Shown in pieces: positions 23,373 to 37,765 of a DNA stretch of 64,000 bases. Source of the stretch: Marsupella aquatica (lineage: Eukaryota > Plantae > Marchantiophyta); assembly GCA_973895155.1 (NCBI GenBank), contig OZ316891.1, forward strand, positions 25,729,899 to 25,793,898. Direction: 5' to 3'. Both the position numbers and the translations under genes were made by a program. The notes below the pieces were generated by a model. The model had not been told where the DNA came from. It searched no databases and saw nothing but the letters and a program-made list of their open reading frames with translations. How positions within the stretch are numbered: position 1 is the stretch's first letter; every line of letters begins with the position of its first letter.

Positions 23373-23608
23373 CTCTATGGAAAATACAATTTCATCTCAA
23401 GAGCAATGCTCAATGAAAATCAAAATTTGCACCCAATTTTCCAGGTAAAAATTATTATACACTATGGAAAATACAATTTCATCTCAAGAGCAATGTTCAA
23501 TGAAAATCAAAATTTGCATCCAATTTCTCAGGTGAAAATTATTATATTGGTTCAATGAAAATCAAAATTTGCATCCAATTTTTCAGGTGAAAATTATTAT
23601 ATTGGTTC
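23373..23608. repeat. Tandem repeat: ~87-bp unit x2 plus a ~55-bp partial copy
   Basis: CTATGGAAAATACAATTTCATCTCAAGAGCAATG twice; TCAATGAAAATCAAAATTTGCA three times. Confidence 0.9.
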
Positions 23609-25447
23609 ACTGGGATTGTGTTGCTTGTTTCATCTTTTTGTGTGATTTTTAAGATCTATTATAGACATAAACATATTCTTGAGAAAAAAATTGAATTAAT
23701 TTTACTTTTGTTCATGTAACAAACTACTTGAGGGTCTAGAGTAAATTGTGAAGGGCTTAGTCTATATAATTTTATTACCATAAAGGCCAGAAAAGGCATA
23801 CAAATATGTAAACATACCTAACATATTTTATATTTTTTTACTGAATTCTAAAAAATTAGTTAAGGCGACTAGCTTGAGGGAAAAGGATATTAAGAGAATA
23901 CAACGAGACTTGCAATCAATGCTGATCTGGTTGGTTTTTGGTATTTTGGACAAAAACAGAGGTGGTGCTTTGACAAGGTATTTTTGGACACTTGAACCAA
24001 AGTGATGATACATAGTATTTTTGGACACAAGTATAATAAATAGTATCCAAACATATATATATGTTTAAGTCAAGTCCGTCCAAGTTTGGTTTGTCTATGG
24101 GGGCTTCATAGACAACATATCAGTCCATATATAGACACATAAATATAGGTTTATAATGTAACATATTAGTCCATATATGATCTTAATCATCCATTTGTTG
24201 TGATTGTGTTTAATATTGCAAAAAATATATCATTCTATAAAACATGACCATGTCAAAAAGATATTTTTACAAAAATGAAAAGGAAAATAGATGATGATAA
24301 CAGAAGCTCATAATCGATCACAAGTGGAACGTAAATTTCCTTTAGATATGGAAATCTAGAACTAGACTTGAATTACCCTCGTAACTGAAACAGATGTGGC
24401 CCATAAGAGGGTCCCGTAGGGCGCTCTCCCTTTCCAGAGTGAAACGAAGTTGCTATGATAGTAGAAACCTCTTAAACAGTGTACTATCTACAGGCTGTTG
24501 CTGACTCTAACCACCTCGATTGTGGGTTCTCCTGAAAAAATATACTAGTGTTGGAGGAGATTGCCCCTAGGAAAGAACACCTAGCTTTCGCATCTCACCC
24601 ATCGGTCTTTGTAAATTCCGAGAAAATCCACTCTGTACGTGGCCCTCCGGCTTCAAAGGCCCCCTATACTTCCGAGAATAAGTCTTCTGGCATCTGGCAT
24701 CTGGCAGCTTGAGAGCCATGGAAGCTCATTGCCACCTAATATTAATCCAAAGAAGGATGGAACTAGCCTTCTGGCACATCCGGCTGCTCTCGAAAATTCA
24801 GAGTCATTGCAACCCAATAATCTCGAGGATATCCTTCTCCCTAGGGCCCCCATCCAAGTAGGCTGAAGATGGGGACCCTAGGCAGGAGGATATTCATCCA
24901 CCCAGCTTTGCAAATTGTTCTGCTACGCATCCCTGCTCATAAAATTCGATTGCTCGTGCGCTGTGGTATCAGTCGGACTTGTGGCTATTCAGTATTTGTA
25001 TACTGGGAATGTTCCCACCGAAGTGTGTGACCGCCATTTCGATTTCCCATAAACTGTGTGAGGACTGTATCTTCGTGCGCTCGTACGAACACTGGGGCTG
25101 CTTTTGATTTGGATCCCAAGTCTTTTTCACATCCTTAAGCTGTGTGTTCTTCATTCGTCTGGCATCCTCATGAGCTTGGGCCATTGTCGACCATGGTCAT
25201 ACGACAATACCTTATCCTTCTCTGCTTTGATTTTCGGTCCGCGTCTCTTCGGTTTCATGAGAGGTCCTTGTGCCATGTTGTCGCACCAAATCTGCCCTTT
25301 CTCTACCTCTGAGAGCATGGTCGCTCCATGCGCATTGTACTCTCTAATAGAGCTGACGATGAAGGTACTACGACTTCTCTGATGAAGTTGGCCTTCGGCT
25401 TAAAAAGAAAATTAAAAGAAAAACAAATAAACACGCGCAGAAGCCAA

Positions 25448-28400
25448 TTAATATAATCTAATTCTTGTAGAAATCTTCTCTCTACATATTGGACAAGTTT
25501 GTAAATCTTTCCCACAGCTGCGACAAGTCTGCGAGAAACAAAACGATTCATCAGCCAGCTGTCTTTGGAACCCCACATACTTCACAATTTCTTACAGATC
25601 AAATCACGTCATAACAATCACAGGAATACTTTCAGGAAGTACAACTCGTCAAAAAAATTACCTGATGTCCACATTGAAAGGCCATATCTTTCCTCTCAGT
25701 CATACATACAGGACAAACCTGCAAGAGAAAAGTCGCTTGTCAGCATAATCAGCCTTATGAATTTCCTCGTGCATTGCCTCACACGGTACTTCAGCAACGA
25801 AGGAAAAAGAACATTTGAATGACTTGCCCAGTTTAGATTCTCTGACTGACCTGGTCACCGCCAACATCTCTGCCAACATCCCTACTTGTTGCAGCATATT
25901 TACTTTGGTCCGAATACCCGTAAGGAGTAGATGGTGGATATGCGGCTGGTGGGTAAGCTGTTTGAGGGTAATATTTAGAGCCTCGGCTCCCATAGTCAGA
26001 AGCATTTGCAGCATACTCGTCTGCAGGTGGATATTGTGGCCTTGCAGCAGCTTGACTACTTGCAAAGTTATTCGTGCGTGCAAAGCTTCCCATGAGACCT
26101 AATCCACGCACTTGTAGATCTGCCTGTAACACTGCTTGCGGTGGCGGGAGAGGACCCCGACCTGGCGGGGTTCCAGTTCGTTGGCTGCATTCAATTAGCT
26201 CGGGTCAAAATTCTGAAATGAGTTCTGAGTCTCTAATCTGACCAACTCAATAGCTCTGCCCTCTAGCTGTGCAGACAAAGTAGCCAATTTGCACGACACT
26301 AAAAAAAAATATGCAAATAGATGGTGAAGAACAGAAACACAGAATGTTGCATATGATCTTACCCCAAAAGGTCCAGTTCCATGGTAGCCTTGTATTGTTG
26401 AGGAATCTCCATGAGTGCAGCAAGTGCAAATAACGCTTCTTTTTGGGCCTGGGCTAAATTTTTAGCCATTATGTCCGAGAAATTCACAAACTGCAAGATT
26501 TGTCAAATAAAAGTTTCACTTCGCGAAGGCACAATTGTCACTTACGGTGCTAGAAATGGAAACGATTAGCTCTGGGTATGTTGCCCGTGTTGAAATGCCA
26601 TAGACAAAGGAATGAAATTTTATATCTATGAGATGACAATTGTCGGCTACCGAGGTGTTCCGATGCTCGCATACTAGCTTTCAATTATTTTCCACAGGTG
26701 TGCTCTAGTTGTAACAGGGTTCTTTAGATATCCTAGTTCAACATTTAAGAACCACGGCCGAGGCACAACAACACCAAAACTTTGAGGCTTCTCTAACAAG
26801 GCTAAGGTGTAGGAGCTACCTAGGCCCCTTCAATGTCCACAGTGAATATTGGCCTTACAGATTATGTCCTCAATGCGGGCTCATTTTTGGAATTTTTTCT
26901 TGCTGACTGATGTTTACTTTGTAATGAATGCTCCACTCTTATTGAGTGGTCTGCTTATGCCCAGAATTTGTTCAGCCTCAATTTAGCAAAGGCAGAGACC
27001 GACAATGAAGAAAGTAACAATACCTGAAAATTATCAAATGACCTTGACGGGATGTTATCATCAAACTGTCGCATCATATCCCATGGACCATCACCAACGC
27101 CAACCAATATAATGGACAATGGATATTCACTGCAAGCACATCAATGTGTCAATCTCTCCTGCTGTAGTGATCCTAACAGCTCTATGAGGCTTCGGAATAG
27201 TTGATTCATATCATCTAGGCCATGTATAGAAATTCAGATTGCAAGAATTTTCGGTGGTATTGTCCCTAAAAGTTTACCTAGCTGCAACAATTGCATCAAT
27301 TGTCGATCTCTCCTGAGGACTTAGGAGGTTGGGGCCAGTGTCAACACTCCTTGTCACCTGCAATCCCAAGAAAAATTCTCATCAACACACTCGTACCTTC
27401 ATAGCCTTCGGAGGAATTTGTTCTTTCGTCGGAAAATCCCTGTGTCACTAAGAAGTTGACCTTAATACCAACTGTCCCCCTTCTAAGCCTTGCAAATGTT
27501 ACCCTTATTTCATACCAAATGGTTGAAAAATGAATCCAGTCAACACAAGGACCCTCCTCTACACTCTACCATCATTCATATCTCTGTCACTTCCATATAT
27601 GGAAAACATTACCAACAGAAATGAGATGGCTTCCCAGATACGTAGAAGTTTGTACCTGTCCATCCGCGACAATAACCAATACATGATATTGACCTCCACT
27701 GTCCTCAACCGTCTTCATTGCTGCCTCAATTATAGGGGCAAAAGAAGTAGGACCTACATCAAACAGCGAAAGGCAAAACTCAACACTTTATCACAACAGC
27801 TTCTTAAGGACCTTTCTGGAAATCCTTATTTTGAAAAAGCGCAGTCTGTGACGACCCTTCGTTCTGGAAATCTAAACGACATTCATGTTGTTTTCTGAAC
27901 TAGCGAAAAACACCAAATACCAATCCAGAGAATGAGAACATCTCTGTCAGTCTCTCTCATTGAGAACCTAACCACTCTCCCGTACTGACTCACCAGCAAG
28001 CTTTAAATTTGGTACAATCTGTCGATATCGCGTCAGAGCTTCACCAAATCCATCACATGGACGATGATCTTCATAGAAACTGAAAACATACTGGTCATGG
28101 GTTGAAGCTGTGCTCATTCCATATACCACAAAGTTGAATCAGTTTCATCAATATAAATCTTCAAAGACAATTTCACCATCATGCAACAATGAAGCCGAAG
28201 AAAGTCAAATCATCGTGTCTGCTGTAATACATGCATTGATCTCCTTGCAAAAAACGTGTAAGTTTGAAAAGAAAATTTGACTGTTGCAGCTCTTGGGGGG
28301 TGGGGGGGTGGACAATGACGAACTCACCATCTCCGAAGCCAAAGCATGGTATAAGATTGTCCTCGTCAAACACTGACAATGTTTGTCCAATGATTGAAAT

Positions 28401-29555
28401 CGCTTGCTCATACGGATTTGAATATTCTCCGATAGCATGCAAACTTCTCCCATTAAAAGAATGCTTCCCTACATGATCACCCAATGGATAATACCAGCAT
28501 TTAATTCATGTGCACAATATCAGAAAACTGAAGAAATGCTAGCATGTATTCTACGATAAGTCACACAAGCCAGCGGTTGGCTGAATTTAATGGTCTCTGG
28601 AGGTCGCTGGGTGGAATTCCCGTGCATTCCAAGGAGAATTTACAAAATCGGGAAGACTGTAGGTCGTCGCCTACTTATTCAATTCCTCTGACGTCCTCCG
28701 TTGACAGTCACTACTACTTCTGAAACTATCGTCTCCCCAATTTAAATCTTAATTTTTCAAAAGAAAAACTCAACACAAAGATGACTCTTATGTTGACAAC
28801 TACCTGTCCACTCGTTGCTCTTCGTGAAATCAACGCCAAGAATGAGGTTGGATGACTCAAGACCCGCTTGTCTTAATGCAATTTGAACCTGGATATTTCA
28901 CATACAAGCAGTTCACAGAGATGTTTACGATTGATTACACGGGAAGAACCAAACCAAACAAAAAGCCACCCAAAATATTTACAGAAGCAATTTTACAGCA
29001 CTCGGAGTTATACACTGGGCATTATTAAGCCGACAGGGGATAGCTTGATGAGATTACTACCAATTTGGCTTCAAGAAGAGGACAGAATCCAGAGCACAGA
29101 GCCGAATGAGGTTCCGTTAGAAATTTAGAATTTCTATTGCATGCGCGAAGACATTCTTCCCTGGACTCGGATCACTACATTCGTCTCGCTTCAAGAGATG
29201 CTCAAAATGTGACTCTAAACTGAGAACAACATTGAGAATCTTTTGCGGGAAGATGCGTGCAAAAACAGTAGTACAGCTACGAGCTAAGGCGTTTACTCAA
29301 GGTTCCCTTGCACTCCACCGTAACCAGTCTAGTCGCTACATATTTCAGACAGAACCCTCGTCCTTCGGTTTCGATGGGCTAGGATAACATGATTACCTGA
29401 TCCAAGGTTTGATATTGATCCGTTATGTGGGAAAACTTCCTGGAGAATTTCCTGCCGAGGGCACGAGCACTTCGGGGTGCTTCCCTTAAGGGCGAGGAAG
29501 ACTCCCACGAGGTCGCTGGTCCGGGGGGCTTACTGCGTGAGGAACTGCCACCCAT
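25448..29555 (-). CDS. RGLG: E3 ubiquitin ligase RGLG (copine-like vWA domain plus C-terminal RING), 11 exons, 460 aa
   Basis: Exons 29555-29397, 28888-28804, 28468-28328, 28107-27994, 27753-27656, 27357-27278, 27129-27024, 26490-26363, 26184-25851, 25718-25662 and 25528-25448 are all GT-AG and sum to 1383 nt. Motifs MGGSSS (myristoylation), [64 protein letters not shown]. Confidence 0.96.
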
Positions 29556-31205
29556 ACTCCTAGCTCTTACACACCTCCACAAATTAAAAAAAGGGGGACA
29601 ATTCCCCGTCCAATCTCTGAAGATGCCTTCTTTCACAGCGTCTTTCAAATGAGTCACTCCTTGGCCCTATGTCCAATTAACAAATTCTGAGTAGAGTTCT
29701 GCTCACAGCACAGATCGGCCCGGGTATCTATGCTCTGATGATTACCAGTTGAAGATTGCCCAAAATTTGAAGAACGCGCTCAGACGCGCTCTTCAAGACC
29801 TCCTATCCAATTTTTTCGGTCCTTTGTCCTTCTACTGTACAATTTCAATCTGTTCGACTTCTACGTCGACATTCGCCTGAAGAGAAACTCGGAGTCAAAC
29901 AAGCCGACAATATCTCGCTACCAACACACTATCGCTTTCCAGCGTATCAGCGTCCACGTGACCTAGTGGTACGCTTTCCCTCTACAGATAACGGTGATGT
30001 CGGAGCAACCAAGCAGATCCGAAGCCTAGTAAGTAGTAACACCAAAAACGCCTTCTCACTCGACGGTCTCTCCAGAACCCAACAGCACTTGCAGATCCTC
30101 CTCTTGCAATCGATGCAGGTGAGACAGGTGATCTCGTCGCTAGGGTCCAGAAGTGAGGCCCCCAAAAATGTTCAAGCAAGCGCACCACGTAAAAACCTCT
30201 TCAATACTCCGAAAGTTCCGTCGTTTTTTAGCAAAACCTTCAAAGTCAAACTAAGCCCACACGACTTTCAGTGCTTTCGCGAGGTTGGAAGAATCCCGCA
30301 CAGAAACATAGCAGCTTCCCTTTGCATGATCGTCGAGTTGACGCGTAGTCCCACAACTTTACCTAACTAAACCCTCCGGAAGTTATGTTGCTAAGAAATT
30401 GCAGGCGCCCGACTCTGAAAGTCATGTCGAACAACGAAATCGATTATTGCCACCCGAAGCCAAACCGGCGGCACATCCGGTAACATCTGGCTTATTAGAA
30501 AAGCCCAAGAATCATTTTGTCCATGTTATTTTACTGGAAAAACCCGCAGGCTTCTCGAGCTTCAAAGCATGCCCCAGACTTCAAACCTTAGATAGGCTCA
30601 TGCCAAGCTACGCGGACAGTTGTAAAAAGATACATGTGGACAGCAACCGGCCGTCAGACAACAGCATTCCAGCAGCTACAGCCCTTCGTAGACTAACAAC
30701 TTACTACAAAAGCAAAATTGCCTGGACGCCAACAAACCCTCCGGTCCCTCTACTGTACCTTCCTCGTCAGCACGGAGTGCTATTGATGACATGCGCGTCC
30801 TGTAAAGTGCCGGTGGTCAAGCGCAGTGGCGAAATACAACAACAATCAATCCAAATAGAGAAGGTCCTGTCTCTTCCATGTCTTATAACCTAACGGGCCT
30901 GCAGTTCGTTAACTTAATAAAGCAAGAGCGGCAAATCCTTCGAGGTAGAATCCTCCCATGATTTTATTCTCCAGTCACTGAGAGAGTCACCTTCCTTCGT
31001 CCACGACCAAGTCAGCGGCATTCAAAACAAATTAATGAACAACCGCCTACTCAGTCTGTTGGCGAAGTCTACGCCTAATCTTCCGGCCTACACTAATGCC
31101 GTAATGACTTCCATACTTTCCCGTGCGTCACCATCGAGAGAAGCGAATCAATCACAGTGTTCGACCAGAATCTGTGGCCATCATTAAAAACAAACGGAGG
31201 ACGTC

Positions 31206-31365
31206 CTCTTGATACCAAACCTGTGTCATCGGTATCAAATCGCAAATCGCAAATCGCAAATCCTCGCTCCTCAAAAGCTTGCAAAGCGACTCTTGATACC
31301 AAATCTGTGACATCGGTATCAAATCGCAACTCGCACATCCTGACTCCTCAAAAGCTTGCAAAGCG
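31206..31365. repeat. ~84-bp direct duplication, each copy containing a small inverted repeat
   Basis: CTCTTGATACCAAA.CTGTG.CATCGGTATCAAATCGCAA at 31206 and 31290; TTGATACC/GGTATCAA stems; lies upstream of RGLG. Confidence 0.85.
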
Positions 31366-33205
31366 GCATCGAAAGCTTCGAGACCAGGAAAAAAAACCTC
31401 ACAACGCTCCGATTCCGGAGAATTTGCGTTCACAAAACACGGAGTGTATCTGTAAGTCGAGTTACATAGTGTTACATCGTGTTATATGGAAAACGAGCGG
31501 GCATTACAAGTAAGAATGTGTAAGAGGTAAACGGGCACGAGGTTTACAGTACAGCGCTTTTGCGTGGCCGACCGGGAAAGGGAATCCCAGTTGCCACCGG
31601 GACGCATTTCTGGCGTGCTATAGAAATATACCGGCGCAATTAGGTTATATCTGGGCTACCTTAATTATATTTCAAAGTTCCAAACAAACAAAAGAGGCTC
31701 AAAGTTCCAAAAAAGAAAAAGAGGCTCAACCAGCCAACCAGGACACATGATCCTTTCGACAAAAGACCCATTCAAGAGGGGACAATGAAAAGGCCAAAAC
31801 CTAGGCAAAAGACCTATTCAACAGGGGACAATGAAAAGGCCAAAAGCTAGAAGGAACAGGGTAAAGACCTAACACCAGAACAACCAAGGACACAAAAAAC
31901 TATTCTCTATCTATAGGCAAACTGAAGAGCTTGATAGTGCTCGGGCATCAACTACATTGGAGGCCAAGCAAGGAGATCTTACTTACTAGAGTCCCTCAAA
32001 CCAACCGTCTCCCTTTCTATAAAGAATAATGAATGTCTGTGCCCACTTAGGTTATATCTATGTTACACATTTGGAAAAACCAGTTTTATAGTTTCCTCAT
32101 TGAAAACAAGAGATCTCCTATTTTTCACAGGTTGAGTGTGGAATTGGAGATTCACAAAGTATAATTTATGCTCATATCTTTTGGAAAACCAGTTTTAAAA
32201 CTTTCGTAATTAAAATGAGAAAATTCCTATTTCCCTCTCGTTGACCGTGGAACTTTGAAAATCAGAAAGTGTCTTTTATGCTCGTTGCCAGGAAGTTTCA
32301 GGTACCCTATTTTTTAGTGAGCTTTAAACTACAATTAAAAAGCATTCCTATTTCTGCTTGCCCACGAGAATGTCTCAAACGGATTTTAATTAGGATCAGA
32401 TTTCCATATCAGAATGGAGCATGCGTTGATCTAAAATAAACCCTTTCAAATCAATGTCATTCCCCAAGACTCCCAGAGCAGCAAGGGCTGATCACTAGGA
32501 AAAGTTATGCTCTGTTTGTCCTTGTCCAGAAAAATAATATAAAATAAATTGTTTGATTGGCCAGTGAAGTACCCTAAATTGTTCATTTTATGACTCTTCA
32601 CTTATCATAGAAATCAGGAGTACAATCAGATCTTGTCATTAACCCTATCACCAAGACTACAATAGGTCTTGACAAATTTAGTCATGAACATTCACTACAT
32701 TTTCATTTTTACTCATTTGTCTGAGTCATCAGATTTTCCTAAATATTAAGGAGGACTGTGGTTTGGAGATTAGCACCATCCAGAAGGAGTGTTTTTTTTC
32801 TCCACCAGCCACTGCTAAACATAAAGATTGATCTACATTTTATGTTTTACTGAAAAGATTCACAAAAACTACATAAATTTGGTCCTAGAGATTTGATTTC
32901 ATTTATTGCACCAATCTGTTGGTCCCTCCAGTAATCTGCCCTAGTTGACTCTGCCCTAGTTGACTATCCCTATGGAACAGAGGAAAAACTTGACATCACA
33001 TAGATTTTAAATTATGTTTTAGTATAGATTCATTTTTGTCCAATTTGGTAGAGTTTGGCTTGGGTTCTTCTGTTGCTTAAAGGTAGATGACGTGTAGCCC
33101 AATCAAATTCATTTCGTAGTATACTAGAGAGATTGAAAGATGGTCCCCAGATTATAATTATACAGAACCTTACCAATGGGAACCATGGAGAAGCAAGAGA
33201 GGGGA

Positions 33206-33520
33206 TGTTGAGAAGTGGACATACACAACCAATTGGCTAAAGGTTACGACACTTAGGCTAACCACAGTTAGGGTCTTAGCTGAGGTTAGGTTAGTCGTGT
33301 GTGACCTTGTATATACCAAGGCTAGTGTAAGTCGCTGGTGTGTGATGCTTATTCATTGTAACGGAGCAACTTGAGGAAGAGGGAGAGCATGTGTGTTCGT
33401 CTACTCTTGAAATAAAGCTTGAATGTTCGTGTGGACGTAGTCTTGGAGAAGAGATGAACCACGTAGAGATTGTGTCGACTATGTGTGTATGGTCGTTGCA
33501 AATGATGTCATAGTTCAACA
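33206..33520 (+). mobile_element. Orphan LTR (315 bp) related to the LTR at 3487-3779
   Basis: TGTTGA...TCAACA termini, preceded by a purine tract (GAAGCAAGAGAGGGGA). Shares GGACGTAG..TGAACCACGTA..TGTCGACTA..GTATGGT with the reverse complement of 3487-3779. No TSD. Confidence 0.75.
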
Positions 33521-36500
33521 ATAATGAGTAAGATCCTGATTTCTGTTCTTTTTGTCTTGAACGGAGGTGTGTCCACTGGGGTGTGGAGGGTATATGTGTG
33601 TGGGTGGGATGGGTTTTGTTGGTAGTGGATTGAAGTTCTGATTATCTGCTCAGCCCCTAGTCGTCCACTTTGTGGCCCTGATTTAATCCTCTCTCCTTCC
33701 TGGTGCAGGTCCTTGTTGGATACGTTGGGGCTCACCCTGGTCTATGTTCCCTATAGAAAAATTGTCACATTGGGATGGGGGGAGTCTAATTGTATTTTCT
33801 CCCCATTTCCGTTCAAGACAAAAAGAAGTGGACATACACTTACATAATGGGAAAATTACAGAAAATGATGCTCTCATGGACTGCTGACAAAAATCACACA
33901 AATCAGGATAGACTAATCAGAGGTCACTGACCGGTGAGGAGTCATCGGTTTGCCCAAATGATTGGGCTACACATTTGGGTTTAGAGGTCATTGACCCCTA
34001 AACCACTGGAGATGCGCTTATAGAGTTAGCACTTTGAGAGAGCTGACTGTGTAAAGGTGGAGGTGGAAGGTGAGGAGTCATGGGTTCGAAACGCACCACA
34101 GCTGTGAAACCAACCGACCAGTCAGCAGTCGCCAGTTGGAGCCGGAATAATCAAGGATCCAAGGGGGTATAAATTATGAGCTGATAATTTAGACTCTCTC
34201 AATTCCAGGAAACACACCTCTCGTGACTGTCTGTCGTTGCCAAAACGCGTTCAGACTCGCCCTCCCCATCATGGCCCTCCTCTCCTCAAGCATCTTGCTG
34301 CAGCTTTCTCCTCCCCACGTGGGCACAATGCCTCACCATGCACTGATCGATCCATGGATCCCACCTTATCTACTATATTGTTTCCGTGCTGCTTTGGACC
34401 GGACTTTACTGCACAGGATGCCAATCAAGCCGTCATCATTAGGAAATTCAGCAGGAAATTCAGTGGTGCTGAAAGTTACTTTACAACATGGAATTTTTCA
34501 TGTAGAGTACTCACTGGTGACTGGTAAGACCCACCTTTGTGGTGGCGATTGATGATGAACTAAGGGACAAGGAATGATTCTGTACTCACAGGTAAGACCC
34601 ACCTTTGTGTTGACGACTGGTGATGATCCCAGTGCGTCTGTTTTCGATTGATCGGTGCCCGTTTTGAATCAGACAGTGCGAGAGGACAAAGTGCCGGAAG
34701 CTGACTGTAGTTGGGAAGCGGGTGCATCCATCGTTGTCTTTTCAAGCCAAACCCCAGAAATGAAGGCGCCCAACTCCCAAGAGAATCGGAATTCGGCGTT
34801 TGGTTGGCATGTGCTGTACCTGGAGCTGTACGGTGAGGATTTGGGGTACTGAAATCGATTATCGACTGAACGAAATTTACGTGAAAACCTTTCCTGGAAG
34901 GCTGTTTGCAGCTCGGTTGACCCTGGGTCGTCGGGGAGTTTTGGGTAGGACTCATCTGAGCCGTGAAGACTCTGGATCGATGGCTGTGTCAGACGAGTCC
35001 GACGTTGAGTGGACCCTCCTCATGAGAATCTCTCGCTCTCTCTCTCTCGTCAGGGATGGGCTGGCGAGCATGCGAGGTCCGGTGCTGCATGTTTGCACCA
35101 GTCGCATGTTCACGGAATGCGTAATGGAGTACGGCACACTGGTCAGACGACATCACTTTTTAACTCTCCTCATCAAGCCATCTATGAATACCTCAAAGAG
35201 CAATCCAGTGTGAAACTGAAGGGGGCTTTACAAGACAGGGCCGTTCTAATTTTTTTCCAGTCTCCCAGATGTGATCCTAGCCCGCATTTGTGAAAACTGG
35301 TTGCACTTGACTTTACAAGACAGTGGGGGCCCAATTCCAATCAGAGAATCTCGCTTCACATGAACTCTGACCCCAACGAAGCGACTATCCATCCAGGCCC
35401 CCGCGGCCTTGTAAAGTCCCCCTGAAACGTCTACTCCGACCGACCCTTCCTGCCATGAGTTCAAGAGTGATATTATTAGTAAAGCTCAGGATGGTTAGGG
35501 TGATTTTAAGGCACCACATTACTACTAGATGGGGCGAAATTTATCATGAACAGCCTTCTTCAAGAACGAGCTTGGGATGGATTTTTCAATATAGTGACAG
35601 GAATTGTTGACCTTGTAAAATGTGCCTATATCCATTGCTTCTCACAAATAGAAACCTAAGGTGACATTTGGAGTCAATGATGGAAGATTAATGAAAAATT
35701 TGTCTTGATTCTTTCCTGGACGGTGAAGGCTTTCAGTGGAGTTGATGGAAAGGCCACTCATAATGAATTGATGGTTTTATTCTCAACTGTCATTATTGAC
35801 GAAAATGCCCACCTTCTAAATGTGAGTCTAAAAAAAGTGCTTTTCCACAGAACTTGAAACGTATCAGAATGGGATACTAAGGTATAATCTTTTCATACAA
35901 ACTAAAAGATTCGTCAATATCTCCAGTATCATTTGCTTTAGAACCTGAATAAGGTATCTTTTGCAGTGTGATTTGGAATCTGTACCGGATAACTTCTATG
36001 TTGTTAATTTGATGTGAGCAGTATATATCAGGGCAAAAAACGCAGAACAGGGAGACAAGATCCCAATGGCAAAGCAACCCAATGAAAGGAAAGAAAAGAG
36101 GGAAAAGGAAGGAAAAGAGAGGAAAGGGCCCAAAAAACCAAGCCAAGGGGACCCCAAGCAGTCAAGGTATACAGATTGAAAAACTTTTCACAGGATAATA
36201 TTGATGCGTTGTTGAATTTTGCGGATCGCATAATTGCTGACTACTGGTTTTCAATTCTGGTCTTAAATTCACCAACGGGCACTGACGACGAAGTTGCTAA
36301 GAAAGGCGAACGCAAACGCAATCTTGTACAACTGTACTTCGGAAGTAGGGACAACAGAGTCGCAGAATAAGTGTCTAGAAACCTGCAAAAGTCTGGTAGC
36401 TTTCATCATACTCTTCACAGCCACCTTACACGTTAGGTGTGATGCAGAGGATGGAAGAAAAATCAGAGGCTGGAGAGACCAAACAGTCAATAACACAGGT

Positions 36501-37140
36501 GGGTAGTTTCTGCAGAAAATCGAAGTGCGAGTTAGGATGGAGAATATGACGTTTGCATGAACGCCACGCTGAGCTTAGTTCCAGTGACACCAATTCTTTC
36601 CATAAATGGAAGCCAGCAATTGACAAAGGCTCAGCTAGAATCTGATTATTTATGCACTTTGTGAAAGTACATTGAACTGGGTACTCGTGATTCTGGGACA
36701 CTTCGCAGAAGCGAACTGACCCACGACTAAAGCAGAATTCCGTGGTTCATTTTTATATCTGCAAAGTTCTCCACAAAGATCGAGAAGATGCAATCCCAAT
36801 TTATGATCCATCGAGAACGTGAAAGCCGGCCTGGTTTGTCAGAATCTGTTCACAGTAGACGCATTGGTCCAATCGAGTTGACGTGTACGAAATGAACGAA
36901 AGATCGAGGCTAGTGTAACGATTTGTAGCCGAATAGTCTTCCACAGTCGTTTGTGATTAACGCATCGTAATAAGTATCTCAGAGCTGAGCCCACCTTCAC
37001 TATTTTGTTGGCCAGATCAATTCGAGCTCGACCCTAAGTTAGCAATTGCAATTTGTGGGTCCCAGTAACTGCCTAACTGCCCATCAAAATATGACATGGA
37101 CATTCCTCCATACCATTTGCACACCTTACTTTAATATTAT

Positions 37141-37215
37141 CACATTTTGATGTGCACATCTTATATTAACACATATTGATGTGTGCACATCTTATATTAA
37201 CGCATTTTGATGTGT
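37141..37215. repeat. ~30-bp tandem repeat, about 2.5 copies
   Basis: CACAT(T/A)TTGATGTG(TG)CACATCTTATATTAAC repeated. Confidence 0.8.
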
Positions 37216-37529
37216 GATTACAGGTAGGGCAATTTGTGCTGACATAGATTTACCGATACCATAGTTGTTTGCAGCCTGAGAAGCAATGTACAAAGTGCTC
37301 AAACGAGTATATTTTTGGCTCGGAAGATTTCTATGAATTCCATACTCACTCGAGTATTGACTTAGAATGAACGCGAGTACTTTTGTGAGAGGAGAAGCAG
37401 GCCAAACTCTAATACCAGCAGCAAGGAATTCCATAAACATTGATTTAGCATAGCATGGCATATTATGAAGTGTCTCCTCTAGGTTTACTAAATTAAAAAA
37501 ATAAAATCTCTTAGGCCTTGTGTTACCAG

Positions 37530-37765
37530 AGCACTGTGGGCAATAATAGCCCTTCAACACTCAGCGCAAGCCCTAGTTTTTCGGGGTGTTATGGCCAAGG
37601 GGTTACTGTAAGCACCAAGTTACTATTTTCTTAAATCCATGCAAGACATCTCTATGGGCAATAATAGCCTTTCAAAACTTGAGCTAGATCCCTAGTCTTT
37701 AGAAATGTTATGGCCAACAATTGGCTGTAACCATGAAGTTCCTATACCCTTAAATCCATGCCAGA
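37530..37765. repeat. Diverged ~118-bp tandem duplication; related copy near 10987-11060
   Basis: TGGGCAATAATAGCC.TTCAA..TGTTATGGCCAA..TAAATCCATGC twice; CCAGAGCA.T.TGGGCAATA.TAGCCC also at ~10987. Confidence 0.75.

Noticed and set aside
35030-35052. Resemblance to miR535/miR156-family complement
   Set aside because: Explained by a CT microsatellite; several mismatches and no matching hairpin arm.
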